Assembly (NCBI GenBank): GCA_040235475.1
Contig: JBECKY010000043.1
Location: 20,476-84,475, forward strand
Length of the DNA stretch: 64,000 bases
From: Pseudomonadales bacterium
GTDB taxonomy: Bacteria > Pseudomonadota > Gammaproteobacteria > Pseudomonadales > UBA3067
Direction of reading: 5' to 3'
Position numbers and translations under genes: made by a program. Positions within the stretch are counted from its first letter, which is position 1. The number at the start of each line of letters is the position of its first letter. This document shows, one piece after another, positions 19,290-29,487 of the stretch. A model generated the notes under the pieces. The model worked only from the letters and a program-made list of their open reading frames with translations, did no database searches and was not told the DNA's origin.

Positions 19290-20597
19290 ATGAATATTTT
19301 AGTCGTTGGAGGCGGTGGCCGCGAGCACGCCCTGGCCTGGAAACTTGCCCAAGACAACAAAGTTAACACCGTATACGTCGCCCCCGGCAACGCAGGCACA
19401 GCTCTGGAACCGAAGTTAAAAAACCTGGACATCAACGCCGAAGATATTGATGCCCTGCTTGAATTCGCCAGGCAACATCATATCGAATTGACCGTAGTGG
19501 GCCCCGAAGTGCCGCTGGTTGCAGGTATAGTCGATCTTTTCCAGGCGCACAACCTACCTTGCTTTGGCCCCACCAAGGCTGCAGCGCAACTGGAAGGCTC
19601 AAAAGCTTTTAGCAAAGATTTCCTGCAGCGTCACCATATTCCCACAGCCAACTACCAAAGCTTTACTGAAACAGAGCCGGCCATAGCCTATATTGAACAA
19701 CACGGAGCGCCAATTGTTGTTAAAGCCGATGGCCTCGCTTCTGGCAAAGGCGTCATTCTCGCACAAACTAACGCAGAAGCCATTGCGGCAGTAAAAGACA
19801 TGCTGGCTGGTAACGCCTTTGGCGACGCCGGCCACCGCGTGGTTATTGAGGAATTTTTGCAAGGCGAAGAAGCCAGCTTTATTTGCATGGTTGATGGTAC
19901 GAATATCCTGCCTTTAGCCACATCGCAAGATCACAAGGCCAGGGATAATGGTGATCAAGGCCCAAACACCGGAGGCATGGGTGCCTATTCTCCTGCTCCG
20001 GTTGTTACCCCAGCCATTCATCAAGCCATTATGGATCAAATTATAAAACCCACCGTTAAAGGCATGGCTGCCGAAGGAAATGCCTACACCGGTTTTCTCT
20101 ATGCTGGTGTAATGATTGGCCCGAATGGTGAGCAAGGCCTGTTAAACGTACTCGAATACAACTGTCGCTTAGGTGACCCTGAAACCCAGCCCATCATGTT
20201 ACGTTTGCAATCCAGCCTGGTTGACCTATGCCTGGCTGCATTAGCGCAACAACTTGATCGCGCTGAAGCCAAGTGGGATCCCCGCCCGTCACTGGGTGTC
20301 GTCATGGCTGCTGGAGGCTACCCGAACAACTACAATAAAGGTGATAAAATTCATGGGCTGCCCGATAACGAAAGTGGCATGAGCGATACTAAAGTGTTTC
20401 ATGCTGGCACCCAAAAACAAGCTGATACCATAGTCACTAACGGCGGCAGGGTTTTATGCGCGACGGCGCTGGGCAGTACTGTCGCAGATGCGCAAGCAAA
20501 AGCTTACGCACTGGTAAAACAAATCAACTGGGAAAAAGCTTATTACCGCACGGATATAGGCTACAGAGCTGTGAACCGAGAACTGGCAAGCTCTTAA
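19290..20597 (+). CDS. purD: Phosphoribosylamine-glycine ligase
   Basis: 435 aa. MNILVVGGGGREHALAWKL, VVKADGLASGKGV, EYNCRLGDPETQ. Confidence 0.97.
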   Translation: MNILVVGGGGREHALAWKLAQDNKVNTVYVAPGNAGTALEPKLKNLDINAEDIDALLEFARQHHIELTVVGPEVPLVAGIVDLFQAHNLPCFGPTKAAAQLEGSKAFSKDFLQRHHIPTANYQSFTETEPAIAYIEQHGAPIVVKADGLASGKGVILAQTNAEAIAAVKDMLAGNAFGDAGHRVVIEEFLQGEEASFICMVDGTNILPLATSQDHKARDNGDQGPNTGGMGAYSPAPVVTPAIHQAIMDQIIKPTVKGMAAEGNAYTGFLYAGVMIGPNGEQGLLNVLEYNCRLGDPETQPIMLRLQSSLVDLCLAALAQQLDRAEAKWDPRPSLGVVMAAGGYPNNYNKGDKIHGLPDNESGMSDTKVFHAGTQKQADTIVTNGGRVLCATALGSTVADAQAKAYALVKQINWEKAYYRTDIGYRAVNRELASS

Positions 20598-20914
20598 AAT
20601 AGCCAGAGCAGGCCTGATTTAACAGTTTTACCGCTTAAAACGACTATACTTATGCTGACAAGACAAACTTAATAATCCTCTGTGATCATTTCTAATGTAA
20701 TTGATACTAAAAAATGTCCAACAGAACAGCCTGAATTGTGAGGGAAGACCTGTTCACACCTCAGGATTTCGACCAGAGAAGCACACTTAATGGCACTTTT
20801 CTGATCAATGGCGTGGCACAGGTGGGTGCCTTTAGGCGAAGATTTTTTAAAGATTGATATTATATAGTCGACGCAGAAATTATTATCCTACAGCAAACCA
20901 TCAAGGAATGACGG

Positions 20915-23830
20915 GTGAATACATCTAGAGCTCAGCAAACCACACATCAGCAACTGTTTAGCTGCAGCCCTAAGCTAAATAACTGGTTAATACTTTTGCT
21001 GTTTGGGCTTGCAACATTAGCAGCTTCATTGGCCTTTGATGCTAAAGGCGGCACCGTATTACTGCTTGATTCTGAAAAAGTCCATGCACCCATTGCGAAT
21101 CATGCTGAATACTACGAAGATAAGACCCAGCAGCTAAGTTTTAATGACATTCGTTCGCCCCTTTATCAAAACCGTTTCACGCCCTATGAGCAGCGCTTTT
21201 TTCGCTTTGGCTTTACAAATTCAATTTACTGGATCAGATTTACTTTAAGCAATCCCACACAAAAGCCCTTAAAAATATTTTTAAAATACGAAAATATTAC
21301 CCAGGCCGATATAACAGCTTATTTTTTCTCAGCCCATCCACCAGTCATTAATGACTCGATGGAAGCCACTACAAGCCCTCAGGAAAATTTATTTTTTATT
21401 GATTCGGTCAATACTGGTAATGTCCCCGGTTCGGCCCATACCAGCCACCATTATTTACCGATTATTCTAGACGCCTTTAGCCAAACCACCTACTACTTAA
21501 AAGCTTCGTCAAGAAACCCGCTTAACTTTTCGCTTTACGTCAATTCAGAAAGCCATATCGTCGACCATAAGTATTCAGCGGATTTTGCTTTTGGTATTGC
21601 CGCAGGTCTGTTTGGGGTTTTAATCCTGCTAAATTTTCTTGCCTTCCTGCAATCCAGGCAATTGGCTTCTTTATATTATGGCCTGTTTTTACTAACTGCA
21701 GCAGCTTACCTTTTATCAATATCAGGTGTTGTCGAACAATTTATTCCCCGTCTAAGTCACTACCAGGATGATTTTGGTGAATTAAGTGTATTCCTTGCCA
21801 TTGCTTTGAATATTATGTTTACACAAAAGTTATTGGATACAAAATCAATATCACCCTTACTCGACCAACGCTTACAAATACTGTTGGTATGCACCCTGTT
21901 TGCAACCCTCATACCATTAAGCGACACTTCAAGCTTCTCTTTAAGAGTAGGCGGTATTTTAGCGGTTATTTCAATGCTGATGATGGCCTACGCAGCAGTA
22001 AAAGTTTATCAACAAACATTACAAGCCCGCTATTATCTGCTTGCGCGGGGCTTCACTCTTACCCTGACTTTTATTGCAATTTTATCGGTCTATGGAATTA
22101 TCCCCCTGCCCTTTACCATTACCTCGACTTTATTGCTCGCAATAATAGTGGATGCATCAATAATAACTTATAGCCTGAATATTTTGCATAAAAGCACTGT
22201 TAAACTGGCGCAAAGCAGAAAAATCCACACTGATATCGAAGCAGCGGAAACCCACGCTAAAACCGAGGTTCTGGCCCGCGTCAGCCACGATATTCGCACA
22301 CCCATGAGCGGGGTATTGGGCATGGCTGAATTACTGACAGACACTCCCCTCACGCCAAAACAAACACAGTACGTAGAAACCATCAAATCATCAGGGCAAA
22401 GCCTGTTAAATGTGATCAACAACATTATGGATTATTCCAAGTTTGAATCCGATAATGTTTCTCTACTAACCGTCGACTTCAAATTATCTGAACTCATTGA
22501 CGATTGCCTGAATTTTTTTCGTGAAAAGCTCGAAGAAAAACAAATTGAACTGATCATTAATTTGTCCCCTGAAACCCCTGATACCGTTCATGGCGCAAGG
22601 GAACGTTTACGCCAAATATTAATTAACCTGATTACAAATGGCATCAAGTTCGTCAACAAAGGCAACCTTATTATCGCAATCAGACCTGAAGAATTTATAA
22701 ACCAGAAATACATCAATTTTGACCTCAGCAGCCATGATATGACTCTATCAAGCTCACTTGCAGATGAAATCAGAGATCTCCTTACCCAGAAAACGCCAAA
22801 CCTAAACCGCCCATATACTGAGCTGGAAATGAATCTGATCATTGCCAGTCAATTGGTCCATAAAATGGGTGGTAAAGTTAATTTTAAACCCTTACGAAAA
22901 GGTGTAAGTTTTTCATTCAACCTGATACTACCTGAAGTGAAAAATCAAAATGAACCCCAAGAACAATGGGCGGAAAAATTAAAAGATTTACGCCTACTTG
23001 TTGTAGATGACAACCTCGCGTGTCGGCAGGTTATAGAGCAGCAGGCAAAGAGTTGGGGAATGATAACCAAATCTGCAAGCAATGGCATGGAAGCCCTGGC
23101 AATGACAAGAAACAATGCTAACCTGGAAGAGCCTTTTGATATTATTGTGATGGATCACAACATGCCAGGCATGAGCGGCCTGGAACTGGCAAGTAGAATT
23201 ACAGAAGACCCACTTATTCCCCATGACTGTCTTTGTATCATGCTGACAGGTCTTAGTATCGCTCCCTCCGACAGCATGGCGAGAAAAGCCGGCATACAGA
23301 AAGTATTAACCAAGCCCATTAGCGGCCATACCCTCAAATCATCCATAGCTGAGGAATTGGGGTTTAAAGAAAAATTCAGGGGGCAGCAACGGCAAAACCT
23401 GGCGTCTGCCATTGCCGCAAAAAATCTCCATATTTTAGTCGCCGAGGATCATTTTCTCAGCCAAAAAGTTATTCAAAGCGTGTTAAGCAAACTTAATATT
23501 CAAGTAACCATCGTGAATAATGGCGACGAAGCCTTTAAAGCCTTACAAAAACGAAACTTCGACATCATCCTAATGGACTGCGACATGCCGACCATGAATG
23601 GCTTTGAGGCAACCCGTAAAATTCGCACCTGGGAACATAATAATCACAAAGCCGAAACACCGATCATTGCTTTAACCGCGCATATTGTTGAAGAGTACAA
23701 AGAAGAAAGCCTTGCCGCCGGAATGAATGATTATATATCCAAACCCATGGAGCAAAGCGAATTAGAATCAGTAATTGAAAAATGGGCGCAAGGTAAAAAC
23801 CCACCTCCTTCACTTTCCGCTGTCGAATAA
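20915..23830 (+). CDS. RetS-like hybrid sensor: 7TMR-DISM extracellular and 7TM domains, HisKA, a degenerate HATPase domain, and two receiver domains
   Basis: 971 aa with a GTG start. N-terminal YYEDKTQQLSFNDI...IYWIRFTLSN (DISMED2-like), then 7 predicted TM segments, H-box SHDIRTPMSGVLGMAELL and N-box NLITNGIKF. No DxGxG or GxGxG boxes. REC1 is LLVVDDN...VMDHNMPGMSG...KP and REC2 is ILVAEDH...LMDCDMPTMNG...KP. It lies immediately after purD, as retS does in P. aeruginosa (from memory). Confidence 0.8.
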   Translation: MNTSRAQQTTHQQLFSCSPKLNNWLILLLFGLATLAASLAFDAKGGTVLLLDSEKVHAPIANHAEYYEDKTQQLSFNDIRSPLYQNRFTPYEQRFFRFGFTNSIYWIRFTLSNPTQKPLKIFLKYENITQADITAYFFSAHPPVINDSMEATTSPQENLFFIDSVNTGNVPGSAHTSHHYLPIILDAFSQTTYYLKASSRNPLNFSLYVNSESHIVDHKYSADFAFGIAAGLFGVLILLNFLAFLQSRQLASLYYGLFLLTAAAYLLSISGVVEQFIPRLSHYQDDFGELSVFLAIALNIMFTQKLLDTKSISPLLDQRLQILLVCTLFATLIPLSDTSSFSLRVGGILAVISMLMMAYAAVKVYQQTLQARYYLLARGFTLTLTFIAILSVYGIIPLPFTITSTLLLAIIVDASIITYSLNILHKSTVKLAQSRKIHTDIEAAETHAKTEVLARVSHDIRTPMSGVLGMAELLTDTPLTPKQTQYVETIKSSGQSLLNVINNIMDYSKFESDNVSLLTVDFKLSELIDDCLNFFREKLEEKQIELIINLSPETPDTVHGARERLRQILINLITNGIKFVNKGNLIIAIRPEEFINQKYINFDLSSHDMTLSSSLADEIRDLLTQKTPNLNRPYTELEMNLIIASQLVHKMGGKVNFKPLRKGVSFSFNLILPEVKNQNEPQEQWAEKLKDLRLLVVDDNLACRQVIEQQAKSWGMITKSASNGMEALAMTRNNANLEEPFDIIVMDHNMPGMSGLELASRITEDPLIPHDCLCIMLTGLSIAPSDSMARKAGIQKVLTKPISGHTLKSSIAEELGFKEKFRGQQRQNLASAIAAKNLHILVAEDHFLSQKVIQSVLSKLNIQVTIVNNGDEAFKALQKRNFDIILMDCDMPTMNGFEATRKIRTWEHNNHKAETPIIALTAHIVEEYKEESLAAGMNDYISKPMEQSELESVIEKWAQGKNPPPSLSAVE

Positions 23831-23871
23831 ATCCTACGACCAGCCATTAATACAAGCATCAACGGGCCACT

Positions 23872-25353
23872 TTAATCTGCTGACACCGTTCTTCCCAATG
23901 CCCACTCTCTCAGTTTATTAACCTCATCCTCCATGATCACTGATAAAGGCTGCGTGGCAGAAATTTCTTCAAGCAAATGGGTTGTTGTGACCGGCTCCTT
24001 CCTAGCTGCAGCGGTATAAAAAGCTGAAACCACAACCTGTTCTATTTCCGCACCTGAAAAACCATCCGTAGCGGCTGCCAGCACTTTTGTGTTAATCAGC
24101 TCTGGTGCCTGGCCTCTTTTTTTAAGATGAATGGCAAAAATCAACTGTCGTACTTGCTCAGAGGGCAGATCAACAAAAAAGATTTCATCAAAACGACCTT
24201 TACGAACCAACTCAGGTGGCAAATGGGAAATATCATTGCACGTTGCCACAAGAAAAACTTTTTCTTTTCTTTCTGCCAACCAGGTTAACAGTGTTGCCAG
24301 CAAGCGCTTTGAAACACCGTTGTCATTATCGCCCACAGCAATGCCTTTTTCCAATTCATCCAGCCATAAAACACAGGGACTCATGGCTTCAGCCATGACT
24401 AATGATTCACGCAAATTGCGCTCAGTTTCGCCAAAGAATTTATTATACAGTGCACCAAAATCCAAGCGTAATAATGGCAATTGCCACACTCCGGCAACAG
24501 CCTTTGCCGCCAGACTCTTCCCTCCGCCCTGAACACCCAATAATAAAATACCCTTTGGTGTATCCAAGCCAGCATTGTCATTAGTTAAAAACGCCTCTTT
24601 TCTATCAGACAGCCAAGCTTTTAATTTTGATAAACCACCTACCTCGTCAAATTTCGCCGTATCGAATTCATAACTCAACACACCGTCCATGTTCATTAAC
24701 TGAAACCGAGCCTGATTTAGCTGGGGAATATCGGAAGCGGTTATTGCGCCATCATCAACAATAGCGCCACGGGCCAGGCGCCGGGCATCGCTACGGGTTA
24801 AACCGCGTAAGTTTCTGACCAAGGCATCCAGGGAATCTTTGTTAGTCTGAATTTTCAGCCCCTTATTTTCTGCACTCCACCTTGAAGCTTCTTCACGAAC
24901 AATGCCAAACAATTGCTCTTCATTTGGTATATTTAATTTAAACTGGGCGGTATATTTTTTTACTTCGCCGGGGATGTCCAGAGCATGACTTACGCATACT
25001 ACTGTATTCGACACTTGCTCATAATTCAGGGCAATTTCTTTTAACAATCGAATATTTTTTGGATGCTCTTTCAGAAATGGGTGCAAATCACAGAAGATGT
25101 ATAAACCGGGTTTCTCTTGCTTGCGGATATGCTTCAAGGCCTGATCAGGCTCTTCGGTCAATCTTTCCTGGGTGGCGTATCCGGAATCCACCCGGCTTAA
25201 GCCTTCGGTAACAGACCAGAGATAGACAGGCAACTGCTTTTGATCACCTATTTTTTTAATTAATTCAATTAGACGCAGCTCTTCAAAGGACTCTATCACC
25301 ACAATCGGCACTTTTGACCTGATGATGATATCCAGATCCTTTAAGTCAGGCAT
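23872..25353 (-). CDS. AAA+ ATPase with a single AAA module and an N-terminal domain of about 230 aa of unknown function (Ycf46-like)
   Basis: 493 aa. Walker A GVQGGGKS, Walker B VLWLDELEK, second region of homology ATCNDISHLPPELVRKGRFDEIFFVDLP. The N-terminus IIIRSKVPIVVIESFEELRLIELI resembles Ycf46-type proteins by recollection. Confidence 0.8.
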   Translation of the reverse strand: MPDLKDLDIIIRSKVPIVVIESFEELRLIELIKKIGDQKQLPVYLWSVTEGLSRVDSGYATQERLTEEPDQALKHIRKQEKPGLYIFCDLHPFLKEHPKNIRLLKEIALNYEQVSNTVVCVSHALDIPGEVKKYTAQFKLNIPNEEQLFGIVREEASRWSAENKGLKIQTNKDSLDALVRNLRGLTRSDARRLARGAIVDDGAITASDIPQLNQARFQLMNMDGVLSYEFDTAKFDEVGGLSKLKAWLSDRKEAFLTNDNAGLDTPKGILLLGVQGGGKSLAAKAVAGVWQLPLLRLDFGALYNKFFGETERNLRESLVMAEAMSPCVLWLDELEKGIAVGDNDNGVSKRLLATLLTWLAERKEKVFLVATCNDISHLPPELVRKGRFDEIFFVDLPSEQVRQLIFAIHLKKRGQAPELINTKVLAAATDGFSGAEIEQVVVSAFYTAAARKEPVTTTHLLEEISATQPLSVIMEDEVNKLREWALGRTVSAD

Positions 25354-25546
25354 CGGCGCAACCCTATTTTTTCAAGTAAAAAATTTATAAAAATCAACCC
25401 TATATATAGCCCCCTTTGCAACTGAAATCCGTTAAGGCATGCACAGACTCTTACAATCAAAAATGTCTGTTATAATTTTACTATTAAAATATTTTCTTCT
25501 AAGCTTGAATTTAAACAAACCATTACATTCAAAATAAGGAAAAACC

Positions 25547-25888
25547 GTGACTTGTTTTTTTTGCAAAATCGCTAACGGCGACATGAAAACAGATACTGTT
25601 TATCAAGATGAGCAGGTTATGGCCTTTAGGGACATTAATCCGCAGGCCCCAAGCCATATACTTATTATTCCCAAAAAGCATATCAGTACGCTGAATGATC
25701 TTGAAGAGGAAGATGCAAGTCTTATCGGGCAAATAATGCTCACCGCAAAACATATTGCCAAAGACCTGGGCTATAGTGAAGAAGGTTACCGCACGGTGTT
25801 CAACTGCAATGCCCATGGCGGCCAGAGTGTTTATCACATACACTTGCATTTACTAGGGGGGCGGCAGATGCTCTGGCCTCCCGGTTAA
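25547..25888 (+). CDS. hinT: HIT-family (histidine triad) nucleotide-binding protein
   Basis: 113 aa with a GTG start. CFFCKI, HILIIPKKH, HIHLHLLGG. Confidence 0.92.
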   Translation: MTCFFCKIANGDMKTDTVYQDEQVMAFRDINPQAPSHILIIPKKHISTLNDLEEEDASLIGQIMLTAKHIAKDLGYSEEGYRTVFNCNAHGGQSVYHIHLHLLGGRQMLWPPG

Positions 25889-25942
25889 GCACTGGCCCAA
25901 AGCAGGACCCTTGAACTAAACCTGAAAAAGTATTTATAACTT

Positions 25943-26587
25943 ATGGAAAAACGCAAATTCAGTTTTATAGACAGGCTGATTGATCAGGCTGACACCTTTT
26001 TGCGGACTATGGATAGCGGCGTTATCCGCCCTGAACGTGCTCGACCAGGCGCTGATATTGCTTGCGATTTGGGCGATGCCGATGATATCCAACACAGCTC
26101 CGGCTTAATGCGCATCAATCATACGGGTGAAGTCTGTGCCCAGGCGCTTTATCAGGCCCAAGCCTTAACAGCACGGCTGAGTGACACTCAGGAAGCCATG
26201 GAAAAAGCCGCCAAAGAGGAAGCTGACCATCTGGCCTGGTGCGAAGACAGGCTGAAAGAATTAAATAGCCGTACCAGCTACCTTAATCCATTTTGGTATG
26301 GTCTGTCTTTTAGTATTGGAGCTGTCGCAGGTTGGGCCGGTGATGATTGGAGTCTGGGTTTTATTGCCGAAACTGAAGATCAGGTTTGTCGCCACCTTGA
26401 AGACCACCTAGGGAGATTACCCGTAGAAGACGAACGCAGCCGGGCTATCCTGCTGCAGATGCAAAAAGATGAGCGAGCCCACGGCACTGCTGCTCGCAAA
26501 GGTGGTGGCCGCGAACTGCCAAAAGCCATCAAACAGTTGATGGGCATAACGTCCAAGGTGATGACTAAAACAACATATTATATTTAA
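25943..26587 (+). CDS. coq7: Demethoxyubiquinone hydroxylase (di-iron Coq7 type)
   Basis: 214 aa. INHTGEVCAQALYQAQ, EEADHLAWC, EDQVCRHL, DERAHG. Confidence 0.9.
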   Translation: MEKRKFSFIDRLIDQADTFLRTMDSGVIRPERARPGADIACDLGDADDIQHSSGLMRINHTGEVCAQALYQAQALTARLSDTQEAMEKAAKEEADHLAWCEDRLKELNSRTSYLNPFWYGLSFSIGAVAGWAGDDWSLGFIAETEDQVCRHLEDHLGRLPVEDERSRAILLQMQKDERAHGTAARKGGGRELPKAIKQLMGITSKVMTKTTYYI

Positions 26588-26620
26588 GGAATCCATAGAC
26601 AAGTGAAGTTCTGAGCATCA

Positions 26621-27430
26621 TTAAAAAGAATCATCCATGTTGCGGCCATAATAGATCTCATACATTTCCTTATGTAAACGCTGCTCCACTTCCTCTAGCT
26701 GACGCTCACTGAACACGCTCCAGTCCTCGCCAAACAAATAATTCTTTACATTAAATTCTTTCAGCAACATTTTTGTATGGAAAATATTTTCCTGATACAC
26801 ATTCACATCAATCATTTGATAAGCAGCCTGAGTATCCTCTGCTAGAAAGTTTTGAATGGAGTTAATATCATGGTCTATATAGTGTTTCCTGCCATCTACA
26901 TCCCGGGTAAAACCCCGCACATGATAATCCATGGTTACAATATCAGAATCAAAACAGTGGATTAAATAATTGAGTGCCCTCAGGGGTGATATTACACCAC
27001 AGGTAGATACCTCTATATCAACACGAAAAGTGCTGATGCCATCATCGGGGTGGCTCTCTGGGTAGGTATGCACAGCGATATGACTCTTATCAAGGTGGGC
27101 CACTATGGCATCCGGCAGTGGGCCAGGCTCTTCCTGCATCAAGCTTTCATCAGGCGCAATGGCGTGCTCCGCAATAAGCATAGTAACGCTGGCCCCTTGA
27201 GGTTCGTAGTCCTGATGTGCGATATTTAATACGTTTGCACCAATCAAGCGGGTGACATTTTCCATAATCTGGGTCAGGCGCTCGGCGTTATACACCTCAT
27301 CGATATACTGTATATACTGCTGCTTATTCTCCTTGGTATCAGCAAAACTAATATCGTAAATATTGATTGTCAATGACTTGGTCAGATTATTAAAGCCATC
27401 GAGTTTTATTTTAGGTGATATTTCTTTCAT
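26621..27430 (-). CDS. speD: S-adenosylmethionine decarboxylase proenzyme
   Basis: 269 aa. [30 protein letters not shown]. Confidence 0.93.
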   Translation of the reverse strand: MKEISPKIKLDGFNNLTKSLTINIYDISFADTKENKQQYIQYIDEVYNAERLTQIMENVTRLIGANVLNIAHQDYEPQGASVTMLIAEHAIAPDESLMQEEPGPLPDAIVAHLDKSHIAVHTYPESHPDDGISTFRVDIEVSTCGVISPLRALNYLIHCFDSDIVTMDYHVRGFTRDVDGRKHYIDHDINSIQNFLAEDTQAAYQMIDVNVYQENIFHTKMLLKEFNVKNYLFGEDWSVFSERQLEEVEQRLHKEMYEIYYGRNMDDSF

Positions 27431-27433
27431 CTC

Positions 27434-27847
27434 TTAACCACTCTTTCCAGAAATAGGCGGGTGATAAATCATTTGCACAACCGTATCAACGGGATCAAAA
27501 CAATAAAAACTGCGGGCCCCATCCCGATGAGTTCGGGGGGCATTACGAATATTAACCCCTTCCTGGCTGAGAAATTCAAACCAGGCGTCTACCTGGTCAA
27601 TGTCATCAATAATAAAGCCTATGTGGTCAAGACGTTGGGCCCCTACCGCTGGCTCAATCTGAGTACGATGCAAAGCCAGGTTATCGTTCCCGGAACTAAG
27701 GTACACGTTATCGTTATCGGGCCGCCATTCTACCTGCATTCCCAATAGATCAACATAAAAATTTTCACACGCAGCAAGATCCTGAACGTAAATAGCTACA
27801 TGCCTGAGGCCAGCCGTGGGCTTTGGCCTGGGGATTTTTTTTTGCAT
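27434..27847 (-). CDS. VOC/glyoxalase-family protein
   Basis: 137 aa. GLRHVAIYVQDLAACENFYVDLLGM ... LDHIGFII. Separated from speD by 3 nt. Confidence 0.8.
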   Translation of the reverse strand: MQKKIPRPKPTAGLRHVAIYVQDLAACENFYVDLLGMQVEWRPDNDNVYLSSGNDNLALHRTQIEPAVGAQRLDHIGFIIDDIDQVDAWFEFLSQEGVNIRNAPRTHRDGARSFYCFDPVDTVVQMIYHPPISGKSG

Positions 27848-27904
27848 TATCTTTAATAACTCTAAAACAGCTCCTTAAAAACTATTTAACGATTTTTAGT
27901 GCTT

Positions 27905-28324
27905 TTAATCTGGCTGCACTTCGTAACTATGGGTAATTTCAACTCCCGCCTTGCCCAGCATAATAGAGGCCGAACAGTATTTTTCCGCCGAAAGCTCAAC
28001 TGCCCGCTGAACCTGCTTGGCTTTCAAATCCTGGCCACTGACCAGGAAGTTTAAATGGATTTTGGTAAACACGCTGGGCACTGCCTCAGCCCGCTCGGCT
28101 GTTATTTCTGCGATACATTTAGTCACTTTTTGCCTTGATTTCTTTAAAATGTGAACCACATCAAAGGCCGCACACCCACCCATTCCCATTAATAGAGTTT
28201 CCATTGGACGGCACCCCAAGTTTCTGCCACCATGTTCAGCAGGTCCATCCATGACGATGACGTGTCCGCTACCGGACTCACCAAGAAACATCGCATCTTG
28301 AACCCATTGTATTCGTGCTTTCAT
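27905..28324 (-). CDS. OsmC/Ohr-family peroxiredoxin-like protein
   Basis: The ORF track gives 28372 as the start. I prefer Met17 (MKARIQW..., ATG at 28324), which has a GGAG RBS. Motifs: RPMETLLMGMGGCAAFDV, EKYCSAS. Confidence 0.85.
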   Translation of the reverse strand: MKARIQWVQDAMFLGESGSGHVIVMDGPAEHGGRNLGCRPMETLLMGMGGCAAFDVVHILKKSRQKVTKCIAEITAERAEAVPSVFTKIHLNFLVSGQDLKAKQVQRAVELSAEKYCSASIMLGKAGVEITHSYEVQPD

Positions 28325-28544
28325 TTTGTTAACTCCATAACATAAAAGCGATTGCGCGGGAGCGTACCACAATTCTACCCAGTGCGACGAACATTATACA
28401 CGCCCGGGATTGATTTTTTGTTGGTTACGCGATACTAATAAGATACTCATAAAACACGAAGTAAATGTAAGTTTCAACTTTAACTAATTGAATAATTAAA
28501 TAAACCAATCTTGCAAACCGTACATAACCTTAAAGAGCTGCCCC

Positions 28545-29177
28545 ATGGCCCAAGTACAGAATAAAACCATACCTAATATCGAAACGTTTTTATCTCAGTG
28601 CCACCGCCGAAAGTACCCAGCGAAGAGTACCTTGCTTTATGCTGGCGACGAATGTGACGCACTGTATTACATCGTAAAGGGGTCTGTATCCGTATTAATT
28701 GAAGACGACGATGGTCGTGAAATGATTATGGCTTATCTTAACGCCGGGGACTTTTTCGGCGAAATGGGCCTTTTTGAAGATGACACCCCCCGTAGCGCCT
28801 GGATTCGCGCTAAAACAGAGTGTGAAGTAGCAGAAATAAACTATAGTAAATTCAAACAGTTATCTCAAAGCAACCCCGAAATTTTATACGCCGTCAGTGG
28901 CCAAATGGCACGCCGTTTACGCAACACTACCCGTAAAGTCGGTGACCTGGCCTTTGTTGATGTTACCGGACGAGTAGCTCGCACTTTGCTGGATCTTAGC
29001 CAGCAACCCGATGCCATTACCCATCCTGATGGTATGCAGATAAAGATCACCCGCCAGGAAATTGGCCGTATCGTAGGCTGCTCAAGGGAGATGGTCGGAC
29101 GAGTGCTTAAAACTCTGGAAGACCAGGGTCTTGTCTCCGCCAAGGGCAAAACCATGGTTGTATACGGCACTCGCTAG
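28545..29177 (+). CDS. crp: cAMP receptor protein (Crp/Vfr)
   Basis: 210 aa. [65 protein letters not shown]. Confidence 0.95.
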   Translation: MAQVQNKTIPNIETFLSQCHRRKYPAKSTLLYAGDECDALYYIVKGSVSVLIEDDDGREMIMAYLNAGDFFGEMGLFEDDTPRSAWIRAKTECEVAEINYSKFKQLSQSNPEILYAVSGQMARRLRNTTRKVGDLAFVDVTGRVARTLLDLSQQPDAITHPDGMQIKITRQEIGRIVGCSREMVGRVLKTLEDQGLVSAKGKTMVVYGTR

Positions 29178-29487
29178 CAAATGCCCGGCGCATGACCTGG
29201 CAGCTTCTCTCAAAGTTGCCAGGCTACACAATCCAGCTGACGAACCCTCTTTGTCTTCGTAGCCCTTGTCTTAAAACAATAAAAACTGCCCGAATCTCGC
29301 CTCCAGGGAATCTCTGCACAAGCAACTGCAATAAACAGATGACCAGAAAAGCAGCAAGTCTTAAAGGCTTTGCTTTTAGGCTATCGACAAATACCCTCTC
29401 TAACGGGGGTTAAAATGCCCATGGACAAACACAATGGTTTTATTCAGACTCTTTTAAACTATGTCATAACTGTCTAATAACTATAAA

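Noticed and set aside
20791-20830. Two TGGCAC motifs (20791-20796 and 20814-20819) upstream of the RetS-like kinase.
   Set aside because: The first has no GC at the -12 position. The second has N11 spacing and is better explained as a GGCAC/GTGCC hairpin.
29192-29413. A 73-aa ORF between crp and the second sensor kinase.
   Set aside because: It has no SD, is Cys/Thr/Leu-rich and looks unlike a real protein. It overlaps a 7-bp hairpin (CCTGGCA/TGCCAGG, 29196-29223) that is more likely a crp 3' element.
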